22,359 nucleotides of DNA from Candidatus Eiseniibacteriota bacterium (GTDB taxonomy: Bacteria; Eisenbacteria; RBG-16-71-46). The notes beneath the pieces were generated by a model, which was given only the letters and a program-made list of their open reading frames with translations, had not been told where the DNA came from and did not search any database. Both the position numbers and the translations under genes were made by a program. Location of the stretch: positions 1 to 22,359 of the forward strand of contig JANMQY010000052.1 of the NCBI GenBank assembly GCA_031370785.1, given 5' to 3'. Shown one piece after another: positions 9,437 through 17,547 of the stretch. Every line of letters starts with the position of its first letter. The first letter of the stretch is position 1.

Positions 9437-10660
9437 ATGTCCCGCCCGCCGGTGACCCTGCCCGCCTCGGAGACGCTCGCCTCCGCGGGGGGTGCTCCCG
9501 TGCGCGCGACCTTCCTGCCGCTCGCGGTGCCGTGGATCGGCGAGCGAGAGAAGCAGCTCGTGCTCGAGACGCTGGAGTCGGGCTGGATCACGACCGGCCC
9601 GCGCGCTCAGGAGCTGGCGCGGGGCATCGCCGCCCGCGCGGGCACCAGGCACGCTCTCGCGGTCAACTCGGCGACCGGGGCGCTGCACCTGGCGCTGGCC
9701 GCGCTCGGGGTGAAGCCGGGCGACGAGGTGATCACCTCGACCTACACGTTCGCCGCGTGCGTCAATGTCATCGAGCACGTCGGCGCCACACCGGTGCTGG
9801 TCGACGTCGAGCCGGACACACTGTGCCTGGATCCACGAAAGGTCGAAGAGGCGATCACCCCGCGCACCCGCGTGATCATGCCGATCTCGTACGCCGGGCA
9901 TCCGTGCGACGTCGAGGCGCTCGGCGCGCTCGCAAAGGCCAGGCGGGTCCGCCTGGTCGAAGATGCGGCGCACGCCCTGGGCGCGCGCTGGAAGGACCGT
10001 CCGGTCGGCTCGTTCGCGGACGTTACCGCGTTCTCGTTCTACGCGACCAAGAATCTCACGACCGGCGAGGGCGGCGCCGCCGTCACCGACGACGACGCGC
10101 TGGCCGAGCGCATGCAGGTGCTGTCGCTTCACGGCATAAGCCGCGACGCGTGGAAGCGTTACGGCGATACCGGCTCGTGGTTCTACGAGGTGATCGCACC
10201 GGGCTTCAAGTACAACCTCAGCGACGTGCTGGCCGCGATCGGTCTCGGACAGCTCGAGCGCTTCGACGAGATGCAGCGCCTGCGGGCCGCGCGGGTCGCG
10301 CGCTACCGCGAGCGGCTCGCCGGCGTGCCCGAGGTGCGGGTGCCGATCGTGCGGCCGGGCGCCACTCATGCCTGGCACCTGTTCCCGATCGCGCTCGAGC
10401 TGGAGCGCTTGACCTGCGATCGGGCGCGCTTCATCCAGGAGCTGCGCGCCGAGAACATCGGCACCTCGGTCCACTTCATCCCGATCCACTTCCATCCGCA
10501 CTTTCGTGACACGCTTGGGCTTCGCGAGGGCGCGTTCCCGGTGGCCGAGAACGCCTACCGCCGCGCGATCACCCTCCCGCTCTTCCCGCGCATGAGCGAG
10601 AGCGATGTGGACGACGTGGTCGCCGCGGTGGCCAAGATCGCGCGCCACTTCCGCCGCTGA
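9437..10660 (+). CDS. DegT/DnrJ/EryC1/StrS family NDP-sugar aminotransferase (ArnB/SpsC-like), 407 aa
   Basis: SGWITTGP, NSATGALHLAL, GDEVI, EDAAHALG, FSFYATKNLTTGEGG (PLP Lys), GFKYNLSD, HAWHLF, LPLFPRM. Confidence 0.95.
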   Translation: MSRPPVTLPASETLASAGGAPVRATFLPLAVPWIGEREKQLVLETLESGWITTGPRAQELARGIAARAGTRHALAVNSATGALHLALAALGVKPGDEVITSTYTFAACVNVIEHVGATPVLVDVEPDTLCLDPRKVEEAITPRTRVIMPISYAGHPCDVEALGALAKARRVRLVEDAAHALGARWKDRPVGSFADVTAFSFYATKNLTTGEGGAAVTDDDALAERMQVLSLHGISRDAWKRYGDTGSWFYEVIAPGFKYNLSDVLAAIGLGQLERFDEMQRLRAARVARYRERLAGVPEVRVPIVRPGATHAWHLFPIALELERLTCDRARFIQELRAENIGTSVHFIPIHFHPHFRDTLGLREGAFPVAENAYRRAITLPLFPRMSESDVDDVVAAVAKIARHFRR

Positions 10661-10674
10661 GCCGCTCCCTCCGC

Positions 10675-11679
10675 TCACGCTCCACCCTCCGAGGCCTGCC
10701 CGAGCGATTTCAGCGACAGTCCTTCGCGATTCAGGTACCAGAGCCCGACGGCGGTGATGGGCAGCCACTGGCTCGCGAAGTAGAACCACGAGACCGGCAC
10801 CGCGACGTCGCGGCCGACGTGGAACAGGGCGAGCCCGGCGATGCATGCCAGGTTGAGCGTCCCGATGTAGCCGGGCGCGGCCGGCACCATGATGCCGATC
10901 GCGGTGATCACCAGCATGATCAGCCCGCCGTACCACGGCACGTCGATTCCCAGCGCCCACATGCTGATGGTGAGTCCGAGCGAAAAGATCAGGAACATCG
11001 CAAACGAGAGCGCGAACACCCAGGTCAGGCGCTTCAGATCGCGGAACAGGCTCAGGCCCTCGAGAAAATGGTCCAGCGAACGAGCCACGCGCTCGCGGAC
11101 CCCGGGCGGGAGGAACGCGGTGCACCGGCCGATCACCGCATGCGCGAATCTCGGCTGGCGCTCGAGCACGACCACGAACACGGTGAGCGCCACGCTGAGT
11201 GCGAGCAGTACCCCGGCGCCGGCCTGCACCATCCGGCCCGCATCGGTGTCGGCGCGTAGCGGGAACACCAGCAGCCCGAGCCCCAGGATCGCGAGCAGGG
11301 TGAGCATGTCGATCGCGCGCTCGACCACGATGGTCGCGAGCAGCGTGGTCTTGGACAGATGCTCGCGCCGGGCCAGCGCCCACGGCCGCACGAACTCGCC
11401 GAGCCGGAACGGCAGCACGTTGTTGGCCATGAACCCGATCATGGTGGCGCTGAACAGGCTGTCGGTGCTGATCCGCCTGGGCGAGGTGATCAGCGAGCGC
11501 CAGCGGATGGCGCGCAGCCAGAATCCAGACAGGGTCGCCGCCATCACCGCGACGAAGCCCAGATAGTTGGCGTGGCGCAGCGCATTCCATACCTCGGAAA
11601 CGTGGACGTCGCGCATGGAAAGCCACACGCACACCGCCGAGATCGCGATCCCGAGGATCAGCTTGAGGCTGCGACTCAC
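10675..11679 (-). CDS. Lysylphosphatidylglycerol synthase TM-domain / flippase-like membrane protein (UPF0104), 334 aa
   Basis: Start re-called at GTG 11679 (GTGA overlap). LRAIRWR, IGFMANNVLPFRLGEFVR, ATIVVERAID and PAAPGYIGT are family signatures. Confidence 0.9.
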   Translation of the reverse strand: MSRSLKLILGIAISAVCVWLSMRDVHVSEVWNALRHANYLGFVAVMAATLSGFWLRAIRWRSLITSPRRISTDSLFSATMIGFMANNVLPFRLGEFVRPWALARREHLSKTTLLATIVVERAIDMLTLLAILGLGLLVFPLRADTDAGRMVQAGAGVLLALSVALTVFVVVLERQPRFAHAVIGRCTAFLPPGVRERVARSLDHFLEGLSLFRDLKRLTWVFALSFAMFLIFSLGLTISMWALGIDVPWYGGLIMLVITAIGIMVPAAPGYIGTLNLACIAGLALFHVGRDVAVPVSWFYFASQWLPITAVGLWYLNREGLSLKSLGQASEGGA

Positions 11680-12068
11680 GCGCGCCCCCCCGCTCCGGAT
11701 GCGCCCGCATCCGGCCGCCCGCCCTGCGTTTCGAGCTCGTGGCGGAGCAGTGCCAGCTCGCGGGTGAGGGTGTGGTTCTCGCGCCCGAGCCGGGACAGCT
11801 GCACCGCCATGTGCAGCATCATCACGATCCCGAATGCGACGCCGAACGCGAACGCGGTCGAGCTCTCGTAGCGGATGCCGAGACCGCGGGTGATCGCCTG
11901 AAGCAGCGGAGTCGAGAATCCGAGCACCGCCATGGCCAGCGAGGCCACCACCCACAACAGCGAAAACTCCTCGGACAGTCGCCTGCGGCGCACCAGCTCC
12001 AGCACCACGAGCGCCAGCCCCGCGGCGCAGAATGCGCTGATCTCCTGGGTTCTCGACAGAAAGTGCAT
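11676..12068 (-). CDS. DUF2304 family small membrane protein (GacJ-like), 130 aa
   Basis: AGGAGG RBS. LELVRRRRLSEEFSLLW, GLGIRY, and a C-terminal coil LSRLGRENHTLTRELALL; three TMs; directly follows a GT2. Confidence 0.88.
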   Translation of the reverse strand: MHFLSRTQEISAFCAAGLALVVLELVRRRRLSEEFSLLWVVASLAMAVLGFSTPLLQAITRGLGIRYESSTAFAFGVAFGIVMMLHMAVQLSRLGRENHTLTRELALLRHELETQGGRPDAGASGAGGRA

Positions 12069-12076
12069 GGGTCCTC

Positions 12077-12787
12077 CTACGGGGACTGCGACTTCTGCAG
12101 CATCGCCATCAGCGAGGCGAGCAGATTCTTGTACGGGTAATATAGCGTCTTGCCCAGCGTGTAGAACGAGCGCCCCGCGCGGCGCTCGCGCATGTGCGCG
12201 GGCACCTCGCTCAGACGGAAGCCGCGCCGCGCCAGCGCGATCAGCAGCGGCGCGTCCGGGAAATCCTGCGGGAGGTCGTGCTGACAGACCTCCATCACCC
12301 GGCGGGAGTATGCGCGAAAGCCCGAGGTGGTGTCGGTGATCGGCTGCCCGATCGCCAGCTGGACCACGCCGGAGAACAGGTGCATTCCGAGCCGGCGCGA
12401 GAGTGGAGCCCGGTAGCCGGTCGGCAATCGGTAGCGTGAGCCGATCGCCACATCGCAGGTCCCGGCCAGCACCGGCTCGAGAAGGAGGGCGAGATCGGCA
12501 GGGTCGTGCTGGCCGTCCGCGTCCAACTGAACGCCGATCGAGTAGCCGCGCTCGACCGCGAAGCGGAATCCAGTCTGAAGCGCGCCCCCGACCCCGAGGT
12601 TGACCGGATGGCGGACCACGGCGACGCCGTGCCGGCGCGCGACCTCGGCCGTGGCATCGTGCGAGCCGTCGTCGATCACCACCACGTCCATCCCGGGCAC
12701 GCGCTCGCGAACTTCCAGGAGCGTGCGTGGCAGGCTCTGCTCCTCGTCGTGCGCCGGAATGATGATCAGGACGCGATCCCTGCTCAC
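12077..12787 (-). CDS. Glycosyltransferase family 2, DPM1/GacI-like polyprenyl-phosphate glycosyltransferase, 236 aa
   Basis: Start re-called at GTG 12787. IIIPAHDEE, VIDDGSHDAT, NLGVGGALQTGF, QLDADGQH, IGSRY, DTTSGFRAY, ERRAGRS. No C-terminal TM. Confidence 0.93.
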   Translation of the reverse strand: MSRDRVLIIIPAHDEEQSLPRTLLEVRERVPGMDVVVIDDGSHDATAEVARRHGVAVVRHPVNLGVGGALQTGFRFAVERGYSIGVQLDADGQHDPADLALLLEPVLAGTCDVAIGSRYRLPTGYRAPLSRRLGMHLFSGVVQLAIGQPITDTTSGFRAYSRRVMEVCQHDLPQDFPDAPLLIALARRGFRLSEVPAHMRERRAGRSFYTLGKTLYYPYKNLLASLMAMLQKSQSP

Positions 12788-14364
12788 GCCGCCTCCCGCT
12801 GCCCGAGCGCGCGCGCCAGGCGGTCGGCGGCGGCCACCACGCGATCTCGCGACACCCGCATCCACGTGACGCGAAGCGGCAGGGACGCGAGCTTGCCCAG
12901 GTCGTAGCGTGTGATCAGTCCCAGGGCGAACAGGGCCACGACCGCGACCGGGATCAGCGCGAGCCGTGCGACGAAGCTCCAGCCGAAGATCGGGCCACGG
13001 TCGAGCAGCGCGCCAACGGCGAGCAGCGGCACGGTGACCCCGACCGACAGCAACACGGCACGCGTGCGCTCGAGCGCGCCCTCGGGCAGCGCGCGGTTCA
13101 GCAGAGCGAGCGCGACGACGTACGACACCACCGCCCCGGCCAGATTTGCGAAGCCCGCGCCCAGCATTCCCATCGCCGGGACCAGGGTGAAGTACCCGCC
13201 GAACTCGCCTCCGAACTTGATGAGCGCGAGCGACAGCACGGTGCCCGGCCGGCGCAGGGCCTGGAACAGCATGGTGAGCGGCTGCTGGGCGGTTCGCGCG
13301 ATCGGGACCAGCGCCAGGATGCGCAGCAGCGGAACCGCCGGCTCGAACAGCGGGCTTCCCACCAGCAGGGTGATCTCGCGCGCGAAGACGAACACCCCGA
13401 ACGAGAGCACGCACGCGGTCACCTGAATCAGGCGGAACGCCTGATCGAAGACGTAGCGCAGGCGCTCGCGCTCCTGGCGCGCGACCAGATGGGTGAGCGA
13501 GGGGAGCAGCGAAGAGGGCAGTGTGTGCACCAGCTCGACGAAGCGCTCCATGGTCTGGAACGCGAAGGAGAAGTAGCCGAGCTGCGCTGCATCGAACAGC
13601 TTTCCGAGCACGATTTTCCCCAGGTTCTGGCCGGACAGGAACGTGACCCTTGCGCCAAGCAGCGGCGCGCAGTAGCCGGCCATCTCGCGCAGGAGCGCGC
13701 GGGGTCCGGGCGTGGGCACGGAATCCGCCATGTCCTCGCCGTGACGCAGCGCCCACAGCGGCACGATCGAGGTGGCGATGCCCTGCAGCACGGTCAGCGC
13801 GGCGAGGCCCACCGCCAGCTCTGTGAGGCCGCGCCTCGTGAACCACAGCGCACCGACCATCACCGTCTTGGCCACGTGAAACAGCACCGCGATGAAGCAC
13901 ACCATGCGGAAGCGCTGCAGTCCGTAGAGCGTCGCGCGCCCGGTGGTGGCGAAACCGTCGAACGCGACCATCAGCGAAAGCGTCGGCAGCAGCACGCGCA
14001 GCTCGGGCATCCCGAACTGAACCGCGAGAAATGGCGCCAGTGCGATCAGCGTGCCGGCGGCGAGCAGCCCCAGCCCGAGCTTGAGCTGCAATGCGAGGAG
14101 CTGGGCGAGACGCAGCGTGCGCAGCCTGCCGTTCGCCTGGTACTCGGCGGCGAAGCGCTCGAGATAGACCTCGAAGTTGCCGGTCGCCATGGTCGCGAGC
14201 CCGGCGAACGAGAGCGCGAGCGCCATGATTCCGTACTTGGTGGGCCCCAGCCAGCGCAGCAGCAGCGCGAAGTAGGCGGTCCCCGAGAGCAGCGCCGCCA
14301 CCTTCTCGACCGCGAGGTAGAACGCCCCGCGGCTCACGCTCCGCGCGATCTCGCCCTGCTTCAC
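12784..14364 (-). CDS. wzx: Oligosaccharide flippase (Wzx/MOP superfamily), 526 aa
   Basis: Start re-called at GTG 14364. LLRWLGPTKYG, KIVLGKLFDAAQLGYFSFA, LLPSL, FVFAREITLL, GMLGAGFA; about 12-14 TMs. Confidence 0.88.
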   Translation of the reverse strand: MKQGEIARSVSRGAFYLAVEKVAALLSGTAYFALLLRWLGPTKYGIMALALSFAGLATMATGNFEVYLERFAAEYQANGRLRTLRLAQLLALQLKLGLGLLAAGTLIALAPFLAVQFGMPELRVLLPTLSLMVAFDGFATTGRATLYGLQRFRMVCFIAVLFHVAKTVMVGALWFTRRGLTELAVGLAALTVLQGIATSIVPLWALRHGEDMADSVPTPGPRALLREMAGYCAPLLGARVTFLSGQNLGKIVLGKLFDAAQLGYFSFAFQTMERFVELVHTLPSSLLPSLTHLVARQERERLRYVFDQAFRLIQVTACVLSFGVFVFAREITLLVGSPLFEPAVPLLRILALVPIARTAQQPLTMLFQALRRPGTVLSLALIKFGGEFGGYFTLVPAMGMLGAGFANLAGAVVSYVVALALLNRALPEGALERTRAVLLSVGVTVPLLAVGALLDRGPIFGWSFVARLALIPVAVVALFALGLITRYDLGKLASLPLRVTWMRVSRDRVVAAADRLARALGQREAA

Positions 14365-15509
14365 GCCGCGCTCCCATCCAGCGCGTCGAGCTCGCTCTCG
14401 AGGAAGCTCCGCACGTCGGTCAGGTGCCGGACCGAAACCGGCACCGGCCGGTTCGACCACAGCAGCGCCGCCATGTCGGGATGGGCGGGATCGTAGCCAT
14501 GCATCGCGGCGAGCGGATTCGCACCCATGAACGAAGGCACCATGAGCACCCCGGGATCGAGCAGGAACAGGTCTTCGCCGTACTCGCGGCCCGCGAATCG
14601 CGCGCCGGCCCGCTCGAGTGCAGCGTCGTCCAGCCAGCGGCCGCGGGCGCCCTCGAGCGCGCGGCGCACCGCCTCGCGCGCCCCGGGAGTGCGCCACCAG
14701 AATCGCGCCATGGTGGAATCGAAGAATGCGAGGTAGTCGTGCGGCCAGCGCATCTCCAGCGAATCGAGCCGGCCCATCACGTCCTCGCGCGCGGTGATGT
14801 CGACCATGCCGTGGTCGCTGAGCAGGTAGAGCCAGAGTTCCTCGCCACGCGCCGCCGCATCGGCGAGCAACCGGGCGATGCAGGCATCGTAACGCGCGAT
14901 CGCGGCGCGGACCCCGGCGCCAGCACTCCCCTCCCGATGGAGGAGCGCGTCGAGGTCCGCGGTGTACACGAACAGGAACGACTTTCCGTCCGCCGCCGCT
15001 TCACTCTCGAGCCACGCCAGATTCTCGGCCTCGCTGGTGCGCCAGTTGCGCCCGGCCCAGGGCATGCCACGACGCTCGAGCGCGTCCCACAGCGAATCCA
15101 CCGCCAGTCCGCCGGGGGCGAACACGTCGTCGCGCTCCGCGAGGTCGAATTCGGGCAGAAGCTCTCGCGGCACGTCGTAGAGATGGAAATAGCCGCGCAC
15201 GCCGCGCCCGGAAACGATCCGGCTGAGCACCTGCGCGAGGCGCGGTCCGCGACGTATCCGCGCGGGCAGCCAGCGCAGCGCGCCAAATCCATCGAACGGC
15301 GATTTGCCGGAGCGCCGCCGGTACATGAGGAAGCGCCCGTGCTCGGCGGGCAGACGCCCGGAGAACAGCGTGGGCAGCGCGCCCGAGCTGAATCCGAGCA
15401 CGGTCTCGAGCCGGCGGCGCTGCGTGAGGCCCACCGCGAATCCCGGGGCGCGCGAGGCCAGCTCCCATCCCAGCGCATCCACCAGCAGCACCACCATGCG
15501 GCGCTTCAT
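14361..15509 (-). CDS. Alkaline phosphatase superfamily protein (type I phosphodiesterase/NPP-like), no signal peptide, 382 aa
   Basis: Start re-called at ATG 15509 (ATGA overlap). Metal-site motifs LLVDALG, FSSGALPTLFSGRLPAEHG, DLDALLHREG, LSDHGM, MHGY. Confidence 0.88.
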   Translation of the reverse strand: MKRRMVVLLVDALGWELASRAPGFAVGLTQRRRLETVLGFSSGALPTLFSGRLPAEHGRFLMYRRRSGKSPFDGFGALRWLPARIRRGPRLAQVLSRIVSGRGVRGYFHLYDVPRELLPEFDLAERDDVFAPGGLAVDSLWDALERRGMPWAGRNWRTSEAENLAWLESEAAADGKSFLFVYTADLDALLHREGSAGAGVRAAIARYDACIARLLADAAARGEELWLYLLSDHGMVDITAREDVMGRLDSLEMRWPHDYLAFFDSTMARFWWRTPGAREAVRRALEGARGRWLDDAALERAGARFAGREYGEDLFLLDPGVLMVPSFMGANPLAAMHGYDPAHPDMAALLWSNRPVPVSVRHLTDVRSFLESELDALDGSAA

Positions 15510-16723
15510 CGCGGCTCCGCGAAGCGCTGGCCGTCCAGCATCCACCGGTCCCAGGTGCGCAGCGCACGTGCCGCGGCATCCCGCCACGCGTGGTCGCGCC
15601 GCACCTCGACGGCTCCGAGGCGGGCCAGCGCCGAAGTCGCGGCGGGCGCGAGCTTCCCCTCTTCGCCGTCTGCCACCGCCAGCAGCAGGATCGCCGCGGA
15701 TGCGTTCAGCCGGTGCTGCGGCGTGCCGCGCGCCGCGAACCGCCAGCGGCTCCAGGTGCCGGGCCCCAGTCCACCCCGGGTCGGGAACGCCACCGCATGT
15801 CGCACCCGGCGCCGGGTGCGTGCCCGGGCCGCGAATGCGACCGCGCGCCCGAATGGATCCTCGGGCGCGCCGGGCAGGAGCGCGGCGCTGCGCTCCCACC
15901 ATGCCGCACGCCACGCGCGCACCGCACGGCGCCATTCGTCGAGCGCCGCCGCTTCCGCAGGCAACTCCACGCGGCCCTCGCGCCAGGCGAGCGCTGCCGT
16001 CCACAGCGCTTCGAGATCCCCGCCGACCGCGGGCCAGGGGTCGTGCGCCCGAGCCCACGCGACGCGGGCGGTCGCGCTGTCGGGATACTCGCCACGCTCG
16101 AGGGCGGCGACCCCGGCCAGATCGAGGGCGGCCTTGAGCTGGGCGTGCCGCGCGCGCAGGCGCTCGAGCCGGCCCGGCGCTTCGAGGCCCAGCCGCGCGG
16201 CGAGCAGCTCGAACGCCCGGTTCTCGAGCAGCAGCGTGATCTCCTCGCCGCCGATGTCGGCCGGCGCGTAGTGCGGAACGTGCGCGAGCAGCTCCGGATC
16301 TCCATCCACGCAGCGGCCGTGGCGGCTGAGCTCCAGCGTGCCCGGACGGGCTTCCATGGCGGCGAGCCCTTCGGCGGTCAGGAACGCGGTCTCGAGCGGC
16401 GCGGCGAGCCCGAGCGCGAGCAGGCGGGCGGCGAGGCCGGAGCGGCCCGCGCGCGCGCGCGCCAGGGCCTCGCGGCATGCGGCTTCGTCCGCCATCACGA
16501 CGAACAGGTCGAGGTCGGAGAGCGAGACCCGCCGCCCTTCGTGCTCGACCCACACCGCTTCACCATTGGCGTGGCTGCCGGCGAGGATCAGCGCGCGCCG
16601 GCGCGTGCCGGCCCATTCCAACGCCAGCGCGAACGCGCCGGCCATCGGTTCGGAAGCAAGCGAGCCCGTGCGATCGTAGCCTGAAGGCACGGGCTCCACG
16701 GGAGAGCGGAGTGGTGGAATCAC
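15506..16723 (-). CDS. Uncharacterised protein with N-terminal Pol-beta-superfamily nucleotidyltransferase motif, ~405 aa
   Basis: LILAGSHANGE...SDLDLFVV matches hG[GS]...DhDh, followed by a helical region (LKAALDLAGVAALERGEY). Start GTG 16723 or ATG 16645. Fits the operon between flanking genes. Confidence 0.72.
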   Translation of the reverse strand: MIPPLRSPVEPVPSGYDRTGSLASEPMAGAFALALEWAGTRRRALILAGSHANGEAVWVEHEGRRVSLSDLDLFVVMADEAACREALARARAGRSGLAARLLALGLAAPLETAFLTAEGLAAMEARPGTLELSRHGRCVDGDPELLAHVPHYAPADIGGEEITLLLENRAFELLAARLGLEAPGRLERLRARHAQLKAALDLAGVAALERGEYPDSATARVAWARAHDPWPAVGGDLEALWTAALAWREGRVELPAEAAALDEWRRAVRAWRAAWWERSAALLPGAPEDPFGRAVAFAARARTRRRVRHAVAFPTRGGLGPGTWSRWRFAARGTPQHRLNASAAILLLAVADGEEGKLAPAATSALARLGAVEVRRDHAWRDAAARALRTWDRWMLDGQRFAEPR

Positions 16724-16735
16724 CTGGGACCGGGG

Positions 16736-17521
16736 TTAGATGCGGCGGTAGATGAACTCCGGGATCTCGAGGCGCCTGCGGTTGAGCACGCTGCCCAATA
16801 CCCGCGCGCCGGCCTTGCGCAGCAGATCCACCGCGCGCGTCAGCACCGGCTTCTTGGTGCGGCCGGCTTCGACCACCAGCACGACGCCGTCGGCGACGGC
16901 GCCGAGCGCAGCAGCGTCCGAGGCGAACAGCACCGGCGGACCATCCATTACGATCCAGTCGTAGGCGTCGCCCACCTGATCGAGCAGTGCGCGGGCATCG
17001 GCCGCGGCGAACAGCCCGGCGGCGCGCGCCACATCGGGTACTGGCATGAGATCGAGCGTCCTGCCGCGTGCGTCCGTCCCGTCGGGGACAAGGAACAGTC
17101 CAGCCAGCGGCCCTGCGGCCGCTCCAATCGCTGGCCGATGGGCCTGAACGTCCATGAACAGCACTCGCGCTCGAGGATCCGAGGCCAGGCCGATCACGAA
17201 CTGGGCGGCCACGGTGCTGGTCCCCTCACCGCCCTGGGTGCTGAAGAATGCGACCACGCGCGGCCCGCGCTCATCGAGCGCGGACTCGAGAGAGACGCGC
17301 AGCGAGCTCATCTCGCGCTGGATCTCCTCCGGAAGCGCCGCCGCGACGATCGCGCGCAATACCGTCGCGCGCTCGGCGCGGGCCGCCCGGAAGCTTCCGG
17401 GAGCCGAGGGTCCCCTCAGCGCCGATGGGGGCAGCGGCGCGGATTGCGATTTCGGGATCGCCGGGACTGCTGCGGGCCCTGAGGCTTCGGCTTTTTTCAA
17501 CGCGTCGAAGATGCGGGTCAT
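16736..17521 (-). CDS. Stand-alone CpsD/CapB (Wzc kinase-domain) family protein with degenerate Walker A/A', probable BY-pseudokinase, 261 aa
   Basis: MTRIFDALKKAE start, STQGGEGTST (K->T), VLFMDVQAHRP, YDWIVMDGPPV, ADGVVLVVEAGRT, VLGSVLN. Confidence 0.85.
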   Translation of the reverse strand: MTRIFDALKKAEASGPAAVPAIPKSQSAPLPPSALRGPSAPGSFRAARAERATVLRAIVAAALPEEIQREMSSLRVSLESALDERGPRVVAFFSTQGGEGTSTVAAQFVIGLASDPRARVLFMDVQAHRPAIGAAAGPLAGLFLVPDGTDARGRTLDLMPVPDVARAAGLFAAADARALLDQVGDAYDWIVMDGPPVLFASDAAALGAVADGVVLVVEAGRTKKPVLTRAVDLLRKAGARVLGSVLNRRRLEIPEFIYRRI

Positions 17522-17547
17522 GCTCGAAGGTCCTCGTTCCGGAAGAG

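Noticed and set aside
11685..11691. C7 homopolymer as a phase-variation tract
   Set aside because: Too short to be notable at this GC content, and it doubles as the G-rich RBS region of the downstream gene.
15506..16723. NTase as an MNT-HEPN toxin-antitoxin, CBASS cyclase or aminoglycoside nucleotidyltransferase
   Set aside because: No adjacent HEPN toxin, Cap effector or mobile context, and it is embedded and coupled within a glycan operon. Not formally excluded without a structure search.
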